From: a bacterium
GTDB lineage: Bacteria > SAR324 > NAC60-12
Assembly: GCA_965209155.1 (NCBI GenBank)
Contig: OZ242383.1
Span: 1,440,001 to 1,504,000, forward strand
Length of the DNA stretch: 64,000 nucleotides
Direction: 5' to 3'
Shown here: positions 39,544 to 50,340 of the stretch, piece by piece
Numbering within the stretch: the first letter of the stretch is position 1
Layout of the letters: the number at the start of each line of letters is the position of its first letter
Translations under genes and position numbers: made by a program
Notes under the pieces: generated by a model
Told to the model about the DNA's origin: nothing
The model's database searches: none
The model's input: the letters and a program-made list of their open reading frames with translations, nothing else

Positions 39544-40275
39544 CTATAATCTCTTTTTGGGAATGTCCGGTAAATAATCCCGGACCGCTCTCATAACGAG
39601 CTCACGCATCATTTTATCCTTCAACCGGACTCCAAAAACCCTTTCGTTGTAATTGTTGTCCTTTTGGCTGATACTATCGCTTATTGTGAATTTTCCAGTC
39701 CGGCTCCAAAGCACCCATCCTGTTCCGGATTCAATCAATTCGAACTGGATAGTGGCCTTGGTTTCGGCCCTGTAAAGGTCATCATTCAATTTTCCCCTGC
39801 CAAGGTGACTGATGGATTGAATAGAAATCTCTAAAACCCCCAGGTCCCCCAGGTTCATGGCTCGCGCCGCGGTTTCCGCCTCCACCTCCCCGGAATCAAG
39901 ACCTGCTCCTTTGGAACCTTTCGACGGGTTTCTCCTTCTCAGGTTATCGGCAATTTCCTCGGGGTGAACGATTTCATAGTTTCCTTCCCTGTAGAGAATT
40001 TCCGTCACCTCATTCGTGTAAAGGACGTCGCGGTTGTAATCGTCCAGGTAGTCGTCCAGACCTTGAATGAGAACATAGATTCTTCCCGACTCTCCGCTGG
40101 GAAGGTCTTTCAGGTTTCGAATATCATCCAGTGTCTGCGCCAATCCTTTTTTGATGTCATCCATGGCTCCAAGGGAGGTTCTTGTTTGGGCATCCGTGGC
40201 TCCCGCCCTGAAATTCGTGGAACAGGAAGAGATCAGCAGGGATAAAAACAACAACAACAAAAGTGAGTTTCTCAT
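39544..40275 (-). CDS. Hypothetical lipoprotein
   Basis: Signal peptide MRNSLLLLLFLSLLISSC with a lipobox. Confidence 0.7.
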   Translation of the reverse strand: MRNSLLLLLFLSLLISSCSTNFRAGATDAQTRTSLGAMDDIKKGLAQTLDDIRNLKDLPSGESGRIYVLIQGLDDYLDDYNRDVLYTNEVTEILYREGNYEIVHPEEIADNLRRRNPSKGSKGAGLDSGEVEAETAARAMNLGDLGVLEISIQSISHLGRGKLNDDLYRAETKATIQFELIESGTGWVLWSRTGKFTISDSISQKDNNYNERVFGVRLKDKMMRELVMRAVRDYLPDIPKKRL

Positions 40276-40584
40276 TTGCGCGTTTCCTTTCTGGGCCACA
40301 CGATTTTTAGTAGTTTGAAGAAAGCTAACAATTTTTGCCAAACAGGTTCTGAGTCAGAATAAGCATCAATTTATGATTTTCAGATGCGGGAAGTCTTCAT
40401 TTCTCATGCTTTGGACACACTCATCCTCTTATGCTTCAAAAATTTTTTATTACCGCGAACCCCGTTGATCAGATAGGCACCAACGACTGCCGGCATGCGC
40501 AAAACAGTCGATCCAACTGCAAGCGCTCAAAAGTAGTTTTGGGTACTTTCCCCCGTCCGTGATAGGAGGCAAGGATGTGATGAG

Positions 40585-40770
40585 CATCAATCCGGCACGA
40601 CTTGTCAAATCTTCATCGCTTGGCTGAATTGCATCAATTTTCTGTTTCTTTTTATCCTGCACTGTTGTATCATTCTCCATGAAGCTCTCCACCTGTTGGG
40701 TTGTGTAAGATATTGTGGATATTTTAGGTGTTACCCACTGAAATATCACACTTTTTCCAAAAGGTTGAGA
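40585..40770 (-). mobile_element. IS1380-like transposase 5' remnant
   Basis: MENDTT...KIDAIQPSDEDLTSRAGL resembles the IS1380 transposase N-terminus; truncated immediately after. Confidence 0.45.
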
Positions 40771-40779
40771 GCTTTTTTA

Positions 40780-43700
40780 TTATAAATCGCTCAACTTAGG
40801 TCCAAATTGCTTGCACTTTGCAACGACTTCGGCAATGACCAGTTTGATTGAGTGGGATTGGATTAGTTGGTAGTTCGCGAATGGCGAACCAAGCATACGG
40901 CGGGCGACAGAAACGTCGCCATTCTTTCTCAGTAAAACATCGCCAACCTTTTCCAGAAGATGAGAACGATGAACGTCGATGTTTTCCAAGATGCCAAAGA
41001 TTATTTCGTCCAAATCCTTGATGCGTTCACGATTGTTACTCAACTGGATAGCAAATATTTCCGCTTCCTGCAACACGCTGGAATCGCTTTCGATACTTCG
41101 TGCTCTGGCGCAAATCGAGAGGTAGCGTAAAGCCAGGTTTTGCGGGGCTTCATCCAACATACGGCGTACCGTTCCGACCAGTCGTCTCACTTCTTCCAAT
41201 ATAGTTACACGCCGCAGCAACTCATGAATCCCTGTAACGCCTATTTCGTCAAATCGTCGATTCATCCACTGGTGAAGCTCATCTGAAAATTCTGATTCCT
41301 GAAGATAGGCTAAAATTTTCTCGCGGAAATCCTCGTTTGATTCAAAACCTCGGCATAATTCGCACATTGTACGGAGTGCCTGCTTACGCTTGGCGACGAT
41401 GAAATCATAAGTGAAGTCTAATAATACATGAACTGCTGCTTTCAATGTATCACTAAGATAGCCCTTCGCAGGGACTTGCCTCATTACATCTTCCGTAGAA
41501 TCCTGGAATTTATATTTCAGCAAGTAATTACGCAGATTGTCCTTAACACACTCAGGATTAATACGCATTACGGTAACCTCGTAGTGTCGTTTGTGCCAGT
41601 CAATCGTGTAATCCTTCACCACTCCGAGCAACATCAGCCGGTAAATGGCGCGTTCGATATTTTCGTGGCGAAATTTGACTTCCACTGTGTTTTCCGCTCC
41701 ATGTGGGATCTTGCGTATGCCAGCGGCAAGCTGCTGCATCAGAAATTCAGTAGTGAGTTGTTTTTCTTTTTCACGCCCCTTGTATGTATTGAACAGAAAC
41801 CATAGCTGGACCAGTAGATCACCTCGACTTTTTCGGTTGATTTGCTCGAGTCGTATCAGGGCATTTTGGTGATTTGTTTCGTTAAGAATATCCCATGCTG
41901 TTTTCCAATTGTCGTCGCTGTAAAGTATCGCGCACAGCGCATAACCAGGTATACCGTTTCGTCCGGCACGGCCTGCTTCCTGATAAAATGCTTCGACGGA
42001 TTGCGGGACGGTGTAGTGGCATGTATAGCGAATGTTTGGTTTGTCGATTCCCATGCCGAAGGATTTGGTGGCCACCAGTTCCTGTAGTAGATTCTGCTTG
42101 AATCTGTTCTGAATATTTTTTTTATGCGAATTCCAGTCTCCAGAAAAAACTTTCGGTTCATGACCTGCATAGAAGTTGGAATGTTCCATCTCACCTGCAA
42201 CGGACGTTACTCCCAGCTCGCCGTCGACATGAGGACAAAAAATGATACCGCTGTTTGTTTTGTCTCCATTGATGTTGTAAAACTCTTGTGAATTGCAGTT
42301 GAGCTTGCGCGGAAGCTGCTTTTTAAAAGTCTGCAAAGCAAGGGATTTTTCTTTTACAGGTACATTTTTCACCTCGAAGCGAAGTTCTTTTCGGTCGAAA
42401 GATCGAGGTAAAACAATCGCCTCTTCGTCAGTGACGTCAAGTTCTATCTGTATGTCGGTTAGTACAGTGAAAGATGCAGTCCCGGTAAGACCAACTAAAG
42501 TGGGAGTACATGTGTTACCGTCTATTTTTTCACTTTGGCATAGACTCTTCAGGGTGCGTGGCATATGCAGATAGGATGGGCGAAAGTCATGCCCCCATTC
42601 CGACACGCAGTGGACCTCGTCTATCACCACCAAAGATATGGGAAATTCGTTGGAAGCGGATTGTAGTCGACTACGGAAGGCTTTTGTCTGTAAACGTTCA
42701 GGCGATATGAAGACAAATGACAAGCGTCCTTCACCAACACTTCGGATAACCGCATTCCTTTCTTTACTACTTTGCATGTTAGAAATCGAGTCTACGAGGT
42801 CTATGCCAGCCAGGCGAAGATTTTCAGTCTGGTCTTCCATCAATGAAATCAGGGGATCGATAACGACAGTCATTCCGGGGAACAGAAGTCCAACAAGCTG
42901 GTAGATGAGAGATTTGCCTCCTCCGGTTGGCAGTAGTGCAATCGAAGTCTTACCTTGAAGAAGACGGGTTATGGCATCCAACTGCCCATCCCAGAAATCA
43001 CGCTTACGAAAAATGAGACGTAGGAAAAAGCGCAGGGTGTCGTACTTGTCATCCGGGAGCGATTGAGTCGTTGCATCGCGCACCGAGACGATTTCACGTT
43101 CGACATCTTCCAACTCATAATCCACAGGCTTACACCATTGGAGTTTACGTTCCCCGTGACATCCGACTGCACGGCGGATGCGGATACGAGTCGATTTGAG
43201 TTTACAGATGTTTTCAGAGTGTCCGGGACAGCCTTTAACGAGTAGAAAACTATGAGATATAACCGCATCGTAATCACCATCCGGCGATTCCACGTTGCGA
43301 ATAGCAATCTCTTGTACATCGGGCAGGATTGGAATGAACGATTCACCTTTGACATCCAAATGAACGTGGGGCGCCAGTGGCAACGACGGTGCGAGCGTGT
43401 GAAGATTCGACCATAAAATGTGAAGCATACGGAAAGATTCCGCAACGGCTGGTATATCCTCTTCTAGAACCAGGATACGTTGCGTGCGCTCAGGGTTGAG
43501 AATCTTATGAAAATAGAGTTGTAGTATGCCTCGCATGCAGCGATGCACTGCCAGAGGGAGAAGGATGCTATAAAATGCCGCCAAGTGAATTCGTGAAGTT
43601 TCGATAATATCCCGTATAGAGCCGTGGACAGTTGAGGCATTTAGCATACGTAATTCGTTGGAACTGATCCTCTTTTTGAGAAAATCGAACCAATCAGAAA

Positions 43701-44442
43701 GGCCATTACGGACTTTTTCCGCAGACACGCGATGCACCTTCCAGCCGTGCTGACGAAGCAATTCGTCGTGCTGACTATCATACGACTCCTGACCTGGATC
43801 TGAATGCTGTTGACCGTCCACCTCGAATACCCATTTCAGGTTTCCAATATGAAATGCGAAGTCAACATAGCCGTCGACAAGACGGCTTCCGCCATTGATT
43901 AAGTCGTTGATGTGTACTTGACGATGAATACGCCCTATTGTGCTAATGCCGAATGTGTCTTTGAACTGTTTGAGAAAGAGGTCTTCCTCTCTGCTGGTTA
44001 AACTTCGGAGTTCTGAAGGCAACACAAGTTCGCCGGTAAGATCCACTCCATCATTACGATAAGGTAAGGCAAGCAGATCATACGCCGCGTCAATGAAGTC
44101 ACGCAGATCAAATGGAAGATCGCTTGTTAACCGCATTCCGACTGCAGGACCTTCAGAGATCTCTTCGGTGTACAAAAACCCTAACTCAGGCATACTGAGC
44201 AGTGCTCGCTCGAAGTCCAAGTCAATTAACGTGGGGTTACCACGCACGATAATCTTGTCACAGATCGCGGTAAGCGATGCAAGTGCGGCATCATCCGTTT
44301 CGATTACGTTATCTGCTTCTATAACCCCGTGCCCGTTCTGTTGGAGCAATTCGTCTATCATAGCGATAAACTTTTCGCGGCCAACCGTCATTGTGTTCCA
44401 CAATCCAAGGCGTGCAGAGGCCGTGTACCGATAACTTTCCAT
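40780..44442 (-). CDS. RecQ-family helicase with N-terminal DUF559-like nuclease domain
   Basis: YVDFAF...FEVDGQQH...D...D..L...GWKVHR; LPTGGGKS, SPERLQ, DEVHCVSEWGHDFRPSY, ATKSFGMGIDK, QEAGRAGR. Confidence 0.9.
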   Translation of the reverse strand: MESYRYTASARLGLWNTMTVGREKFIAMIDELLQQNGHGVIEADNVIETDDAALASLTAICDKIIVRGNPTLIDLDFERALLSMPELGFLYTEEISEGPAVGMRLTSDLPFDLRDFIDAAYDLLALPYRNDGVDLTGELVLPSELRSLTSREEDLFLKQFKDTFGISTIGRIHRQVHINDLINGGSRLVDGYVDFAFHIGNLKWVFEVDGQQHSDPGQESYDSQHDELLRQHGWKVHRVSAEKVRNGLSDWFDFLKKRISSNELRMLNASTVHGSIRDIIETSRIHLAAFYSILLPLAVHRCMRGILQLYFHKILNPERTQRILVLEEDIPAVAESFRMLHILWSNLHTLAPSLPLAPHVHLDVKGESFIPILPDVQEIAIRNVESPDGDYDAVISHSFLLVKGCPGHSENICKLKSTRIRIRRAVGCHGERKLQWCKPVDYELEDVEREIVSVRDATTQSLPDDKYDTLRFFLRLIFRKRDFWDGQLDAITRLLQGKTSIALLPTGGGKSLIYQLVGLLFPGMTVVIDPLISLMEDQTENLRLAGIDLVDSISNMQSSKERNAVIRSVGEGRLSFVFISPERLQTKAFRSRLQSASNEFPISLVVIDEVHCVSEWGHDFRPSYLHMPRTLKSLCQSEKIDGNTCTPTLVGLTGTASFTVLTDIQIELDVTDEEAIVLPRSFDRKELRFEVKNVPVKEKSLALQTFKKQLPRKLNCNSQEFYNINGDKTNSGIIFCPHVDGELGVTSVAGEMEHSNFYAGHEPKVFSGDWNSHKKNIQNRFKQNLLQELVATKSFGMGIDKPNIRYTCHYTVPQSVEAFYQEAGRAGRNGIPGYALCAILYSDDNWKTAWDILNETNHQNALIRLEQINRKSRGDLLVQLWFLFNTYKGREKEKQLTTEFLMQQLAAGIRKIPHGAENTVEVKFRHENIERAIYRLMLLGVVKDYTIDWHKRHYEVTVMRINPECVKDNLRNYLLKYKFQDSTEDVMRQVPAKGYLSDTLKAAVHVLLDFTYDFIVAKRKQALRTMCELCRGFESNEDFREKILAYLQESEFSDELHQWMNRRFDEIGVTGIHELLRRVTILEEVRRLVGTVRRMLDEAPQNLALRYLSICARARSIESDSSVLQEAEIFAIQLSNNRERIKDLDEIIFGILENIDVHRSHLLEKVGDVLLRKNGDVSVARRMLGSPFANYQLIQSHSIKLVIAEVVAKCKQFGPKLSDL

Positions 44443-44460
44443 TGTTATGAACTCAACGTG

Positions 44461-44892
44461 TTACATAACCAGAAACAAAATTCCACCCATGCTTATGGCA
44501 ATGATCAAAGACAGTATCGCATATGCCAAAGTCGAAATCTGACGTGTTTTAGTGTGTAATGATTCAATGTGATTTCTTACCTGAATATTCGAGATGCTTA
44601 TTTCCTTTGTATTTTCTGACACTGACACTGCAACTTTCAACACTTCGGTGCGTATCATTTCTGGGAGTTTTGCGAAGTCGGTCGTGGCCTGATCTAGCCT
44701 TGCTAACAGTTCAGAGGATCGTTGCGAAAACTCATGTACTTCGTGCGTCAAATGTTCTGCACTACTGATTACCGCTTCGGATTTTTTATTGGTATCTCTG
44801 AGTAAACTATTGGCATCGCGCATTTTCGCTAATTCGTCGGCAATGTTTTGAATGGTTTGTTCGGCTTCAAGAATTTTATCGACGTCTGGCAT
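44461..44892 (-). CDS. Coiled-coil protein with C-terminal membrane anchor
   Basis: Heptad-rich sequence, hydrophobic tail LAYAILSLIIAISMGGILFLVM; 18 bp upstream of the RecQ gene. Confidence 0.7.
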   Translation of the reverse strand: MPDVDKILEAEQTIQNIADELAKMRDANSLLRDTNKKSEAVISSAEHLTHEVHEFSQRSSELLARLDQATTDFAKLPEMIRTEVLKVAVSVSENTKEISISNIQVRNHIESLHTKTRQISTLAYAILSLIIAISMGGILFLVM

Positions 44893-45129
44893 GCTTAGCT
44901 CTCTATGGTTTGATGTGTTCGTACGGATTAGAGTTATTGTCGAATTTTGGGGATGGCTATTCAGGTGGCGATCCTGTATTGAGGAATTCCATCGACAAAT
45001 TGTACTCCCTCTATCATTTCGGCTAATCGTTTAATTCCGTGTAATCGGATCCAATTTTTCTGAGCAGATTCCATTAATTTGAATGCCATCGTCAATACTT
45101 TATTTCTTGAGAAACAATCTCTTACTTTG

Positions 45130-45575
45130 GCAGTTCTCAGTTTGACGATATCTGCTCCGTGGAACTTTCACGGATACAGAACCAATTCCCGTCTGAATCT
45201 CCCGATCTTGATGATAGCCATGATGAACCAACTGATATTCTTTCATGAATACTTTTATCTCCAATTCCAATGCTTCCCTGAGTATCGCCCCTGACTTTCA
45301 CTCTCAAGAATTCACTCAAATGATCCTCAATAATTTGCTCTGGCTTCTCAAGATCCATCATGTTATGCTTGCTCTTCGGCGTGTCCTTTCCCCATTTTCA
45401 TGAGGACAAGCCTTTGATGTTATTCTATTTATGGTCAATTTCCATCAACAAGATACACCACCTCCCAATTTAGTCCATCCCCGTCTTTCGGACTATATCT
45501 CATTTATGGTCAATTTCCATCAACAAGATACACCACCTTGAAATTCAGTCCATCCCCAACTTTCGACTATATCTC
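45130..45575 (-). mobile_element. IS256-family remnant with tandemly duplicated end
   Basis: Minus strand encodes VHHGYHQDREIQTGIGSVSVKVPRSR (IS256 transposase motif); tandem 75/74-bp copies at 45427-45501 and 45502-45575. Confidence 0.7.
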
Positions 45576-45647
45576 TGCAATTATGAACAGCTATGGAAAG
45601 ACATGGCAACAAAGAAAATTGATGCACATGAGAAAGGAGACTGATGA

Positions 45648-45872
45648 GTGAGAAAAATCAAAGTGGTAGAAACCCTTCGCCACCTCCTGGATCGTATAAA
45701 AGGGAAGGATGCCACAAACCCTGGATGTCCAGCCCTCTTTTGCAATGCAAGGGGCGTAGATTCGATTGCTGAGGAGCGTGAGTGGATTAAAAAAGGCAAG
45801 GAGGGTTCAAGGCACAAATTAGTTCTCTATTGTCGCGATTGTGGACCTATCTACAGGATTGTAAGAGTATAG
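45648..45872 (+). CDS. Small cysteine-rich hypothetical protein (possible zinc ribbon)
   Basis: CPALFC...CRDC; GAAAGGAG RBS upstream. Confidence 0.45.
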   Translation: MRKIKVVETLRHLLDRIKGKDATNPGCPALFCNARGVDSIAEEREWIKKGKEGSRHKLVLYCRDCGPIYRIVRV

Positions 45873-45950
45873 AAGAAAATCTAAATATTCGTCTGTAAAT
45901 TTTTTATATTAGAGTTTTTTAAATTCTAAAAAGAAATTAACGAGGTGTGA

Positions 45951-46235
45951 ATGGATGTAAAAGAAGCAGTGAGTACAGCAAAACAATATATTGTCAGTCT
46001 CTTTGACGGCGAAGAGATTCAGAATGTCGGACTGGAAGAGGTCGTGTTTGAAGAATTTCAAAAAAAGTGGAATGTAACTATTGGGTTCTCCCGGAGTTGG
46101 GAGAATACAGGATTCCTGACTACTGCATTTGGCGAGGTACGTACTAAACGATCATACAAAGTCTTATGTATCGATGATGTTAACGGTAAAGTCGAATCCA
46201 TGACAGACCGCGCCCTGCCCGAAAGGAAACGCTGA
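45951..46235 (+). CDS. Hypothetical protein coupled to PIN gene (candidate antitoxin)
   Basis: GAGGTG RBS; TGATG stop/start overlap with the PIN gene. Confidence 0.75.
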   Translation: MDVKEAVSTAKQYIVSLFDGEEIQNVGLEEVVFEEFQKKWNVTIGFSRSWENTGFLTTAFGEVRTKRSYKVLCIDDVNGKVESMTDRALPERKR

Positions 46236-46693
46236 TGATCCGAAAAGGACTATACATCGATTCGAGTCTACTTGTACTGCTTATTGTAGGCAGAGTGAGA
46301 CAAGACTTGATTTCCAAACACAGACGACTACGAGAATTTTCTGTGGAAGATTACCAGTGTTTGATCGATACGATCGACCAAGTGGCTCAGGTGTTCGTAA
46401 CGCCGAACACTCTGACCGAAACGTCTAATTTGCTTGCTCATCATAAAGAACCCGAACGCAGTCGCTTTTTTGACATGCTTGAAAACCTTATTGAGAAGAC
46501 AAAGGAAGTGATGGTTGCCAGTATAAAAGCATCGAAAATTCAAGAGTTCAGACGACTTGGGCTGACTGATGCAGTGTTTCTGATGGTTGCCACGGCAGAG
46601 ACTCCCTTGATAACCACGGATTTTAAACTGTACCACTCTGTTTCAACAAAAAATCCAAATGCCGTTATAAATTTCCGGCACCTTCTTCAATAA
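46235..46693 (+). CDS. PIN-domain protein
   Basis: YIDSSLL, TPNTLTETSNL, LGLTDA, LITTDFKL acidic PIN motifs. Confidence 0.85.
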   Translation: MIRKGLYIDSSLLVLLIVGRVRQDLISKHRRLREFSVEDYQCLIDTIDQVAQVFVTPNTLTETSNLLAHHKEPERSRFFDMLENLIEKTKEVMVASIKASKIQEFRRLGLTDAVFLMVATAETPLITTDFKLYHSVSTKNPNAVINFRHLLQ

Positions 46694-46719
46694 CTGCTCA
46701 CCGACAAAGCGAAGAAAGA

Positions 46720-47006
46720 TGCGTTTTTTCAGATGATATGGGCCGACGGAGGTTATCGAGGGGAATCAGCCCAATGGTTATGGAATCGATTTCAATGTAA
46801 ACTCGAGATCACTCTAAAACTCCAGGGAACGGGCTTTCAGGTCCTACAGAAAAGGTGGATCGTCGAAAGAACCTTTTCGTGGTTTGGATGGTATCGAAGA
46901 CTCAACATCGATTTTGAAAGGAAAAAATAAATTCTGAAAACATTATCTACATTGCTATGATTCGATTGATGTTAAAGAGAATCAAATGACTTTCAAACAG
47001 GTTCTA
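46720..47006 (+). mobile_element. IS5-family (IS1031-like) 3' remnant
   Basis: IWADGGYRG...KRWIVERTFSW..YRRL; premature stop at 46930; likely end sequence TTTCAAACAGGTTCT. Confidence 0.8.
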
Positions 47007-47457
47007 AGCGCATATTGCGCATCATAGTCATGATTAGTGATGGTATGAAGTAAGGCTTGAGAAACGCGGTAAAACTCTTGAACAGACAGCCTATTGGCAG
47101 CATAAGCCACTGCATGCGCAACAATATTCCCCAAGTGTAGAATCTCAATGCCAGTTCCCGGCAATCCCATACTCATCGCTGTCAGAGCAGTCGTACCAAT
47201 TCCTGAAAAGGGATCGAGGATTTGTGTCCCTTTTCCCGACTGGATAAGCTGTCGGATGAGCGCGGTGGAAAATCCCTCTTTGTACTTCATCCAGCGAAAT
47301 CCCACAGATTCTTTATTGCCTTGGTAGGACACAATTTTTCGAGAGAAGTACGGGTTCACCGACACTCGATCTGCAAATCGTCGATGCAGATCCGCTCGTT
47401 CACGCGTCAATCCAGCGTTCGGGGAGGCCAGAACAAACGCATCGTCAGGGAATAAAG

Positions 47458-48940
47458 GGGTGTAATTAAAAGTGAGGGGCATTTCAATTAAGCCCTTTGA
47501 AGTTGTTGCCAATAACAATCCCATTTTCCATTGGCTCTTACCACCCTGAGTTGAATCATCTGATCGGCATGTTGTTTTTTCCACCAAGCGCCAGGGAGTT
47601 TGAGCCTTTTTTGGATGAGGGAACGATGGGCGCTTTCAATTTTTCCAGAGCCGATAGGGAGTTGTTGATCAATAGCTGTTTTGTATTCAAACTGTCCGGG
47701 ACGATTTTTCATGTAACGTACCAAAGCGCGAATGGGGGCCTTTTCATTGGGAATAGATTCGGATTCTTGCCTGGATATAAATTGCTCTAACACGCTGTCA
47801 GCTCCTCCTTTTTTCAAGATTTGCTTCTGCTTTTTCAGGAACGGTGAGCCGTCTTCAAAAGCGGCTTGGCAGGCTGCACCAAGATAATCACAGAGATGAT
47901 AAAAATCGATGAGATAGTTCGCCTGAGCGCCAAAATGAGTTTCGATTTTTTCACAGATCCAAGGGGCTCCATCCCCTAAAGCATGAATCTTCGTCTGCTT
48001 TCCCAGTCCCGCTTTAAGCGCGACCTCTTTCATTTGAAAACCCGCTTCATCTCTGCCGTTCAAGGTTCCAGCATAAATGGAGTCGACACTTCCTCGAGCA
48101 TAGGCTAAGGAGGTAGTCCCTTCTTTCCAACTCACTTGACGCGTTTTTCTGCGATCCCCCGTAAAAGTAGAGTCTGCCGTCTCTACCAGAGGCACCATGG
48201 TGCCATCACTTTGCACTATCACCACCCCCGCCCCACTGGCCTCCCTGCTGGACTGCTGCTCTTCTTTCAGGGAGAAACATCTCTGACTGTGATGGAGGGT
48301 TCGCGCTCGAATACTGCTGGAAGGAATGTCAATGCCATAATGCTCCTTGAGTTTCTGGCTCGCTGCTGCAAAGGAGACATCGGCCCCAAAATCCACCATC
48401 GCTCGCTGCAGAGGCTCTGAATAACCTTGGCACTGAACCCCAATCGAGGCACTCAAGGGTCTCTGTCTTTTTCCTCGCCGTCCTTCCCTGAAAACAAGTT
48501 CTTCGATTCCAATGGGACCAAAGGTGCTGTGCCAATATATTTTTTTTTACCATCTCGGATCAGATCCGCTTTTTGAGAAGACTCTGCTTCTTTTATATCG
48601 GACTGATGGCCCAACCAGCCTTGAAGCACTTCCTGACCTAATTTACGCACTTCTTCAATCGTCCGCCTCTCAGCCTCATCGGCTGTTTGGCAACTCCCAT
48701 CGTCATTTTCGATAATCCCCAGAATGGATTCCATCCGATGGCGCAGGTGAGGATATTTCGACAGCCGTTCTGCTAATGAAAAAGATGACTCGTCACCTTC
48801 CCTTAGTTCTGAGTAACCTAAGCATTTTGACATTTTCAACTCCTGTTTGAAGGTCAATCATTCGAATACACTCCTACTTTCAAAATACTTAAAGCACATG
48901 TCCAGCTATTTCTCTCTGCCCCACACTTTTAATTACACCC
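47458..48940 (-). mobile_element. ISKra4-family insertion sequence, 1483 bp
   Basis: 24-bp TIRs GGGTGTAATTAAAAGTG(A/T)GGGGCA; 9-bp TSD GGAATAAAG at 47449-47457 and 48941-48949. Confidence 0.93.
47488..48857 (-). CDS. ISKra4 transposase (two ORFs joined by a -1 frameshift)
   Basis: TADEAE; A9 run at 48540-48548 joins DGKK to IYWHSTFG; SDGTMVP, GDGAPWI, DFYHLCDY, IGSGKIESAHR. Confidence 0.88.
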
Positions 48941-49034
48941 GGAATAAAGTATATTGTTGCACTTTTTAATGCCATATGATTAGAGTGATGGATTTTCTGT
49001 TTATCTTATAACACAATTATATGGAAACAAGGCG

Positions 49035-49357
49035 ATGGTGCCTCTCATTCTCCCGGAGGACATTTTAATCGTCGACCGCAGTGTGGACCCGGTGGACAGC
49101 CGGGTGGCGGTCATCGCATTCGAAGGAGAACTGCTTTGCAAACGAGTAATTCGTTTCAGAAACGGCGTGATACTGAGATCGAACAATCCCGGCTACCAGG
49201 ATATACGAGATTTCAACGAAAGGGAAGTCGCCGTTCGGGGGATCGTGGTGGCCATCGCACGAGAAATTCAATGAACAAAGTATTCAACTTGGTCGACTGC
49301 AACACGTTCTACTGCGTCTGTGAGCTATTGTTCCGGCCCGACCTGCAGGGCCCATGA
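49035..49357 (+). pseudogene. umuDC remnant (UmuD C-terminal part + first 28 codons of UmuC)
   Basis: EDILIVDRS...ELLCKR S24 peptidase motif; ATGA overlap to MNKVFNLVDCNTFYCVCELLFRPDL. Confidence 0.85.
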
Positions 49358-49650
49358 CGCTGAGGGTGGCCTCATGCGGGGTTTACGACAAAGCATGGAA
49401 AATGAAACAGTCCAGAAAATCCCCGCGATCCCTGACCGGGTAAAGCGATATTCCTTAAGCCGGCTGAATGCGCATTCCATTCAATGCGTATTCCACTCTT
49501 AAATTTCCAATCTTTCAAGCTTGCCCCCCCCTTGAAAACCATATTGACGAATGTCAATTTAAAAAATTGAATTTACTCTTGACATTCGTGAAGATCCGAT
49601 ATATCTTACAATATAATTTCAAACTTTATTTCAATTTTAGAAAATTAATT

Positions 49651-49935
49651 ATGACAAAAGATGAAGAAATCAAGGAATTATCAAAAACGATAATAGATGA
49701 AAAATTAGCAACAGAAGCTTTAACAAGATATATTCTGGCTTATCTTTTAATGAATAATCAGGTTAATAATGGATTTGAAACAATTAAAGAATATTGTAGA
49801 GACGATAAAAAAATTAACGATGAAATTAAACAAAAAATATTTAAAAGTTTGAATAAATACAATTTACAACTATCAAATTTTGAAGAAAAGATTAATGAAG
49901 CAGTTAGACTCCAATTATATAATGAATTATTGTAA
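49651..49935 (+). CDS. AT-rich hypothetical protein
   Basis: 94-aa ORF in very AT-rich DNA; TTGACA...TATAAT-like signals upstream. Confidence 0.5.
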   Translation: MTKDEEIKELSKTIIDEKLATEALTRYILAYLLMNNQVNNGFETIKEYCRDDKKINDEIKQKIFKSLNKYNLQLSNFEEKINEAVRLQLYNELL

Positions 49936-50305
49936 CTATTCAGGTATCTTCAGAAAACCCATCGATTTAAGCACAGATTTTGCGTAGCATAAAGTCTAAA
50001 AAGGACTTTATGCTCTCGAAAGTTAAAAAATATATTGATTCCCTTTCATCGATTCCCCACCTCGAGGCTCTTCAAGAAGCTAGTCAACTCTTTGAAAAAG
50101 AACGAGAGCCATGGAAGCAAGAGCGCTTAGAACTCAGATTTGCATCCCTGGCAAAGCGTTTACGATCATTATCGCCATTGGAAAAAACACTGGATTGAGG
50201 AGTGAACCTTCGCATTTTGGCTCATGATCATAAAGAAGCGGATTTCCCTGATTGATAGATTTTTCATTTTTTTTTACGAATCCTGCATTTTTTTTCATTT
50301 GGGGG

Positions 50306-50340
50306 TTGACATTATACAAATATATATATATATATATATT
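50306..50340 (+). promoter_or_regulatory. Sigma70-like promoter overlapping a (TA)9 tract upstream of nrdJ
   Basis: TTGACA at 50306-50311, 17-bp spacer, TATATA -10 within the TA run at 50321-50338. Confidence 0.5.

Larger units (their letters stand above)
47007..48962 (-). pseudogene. DNA methyltransferase, interrupted by ISKra4 and 3'-truncated at the IS5 remnant
   Basis: Removing the IS restores GTG-QQYTLFPDD...RWMKYKEGFS...ILDPFSGIGTT (SAM-binding motif I). Confidence 0.8.

Noticed and set aside
49926..50000. attC site after the AT-rich ORF
   Set aside because: TAAC is present but there is no matching hairpin or R' box; better explained as an IS-like end.
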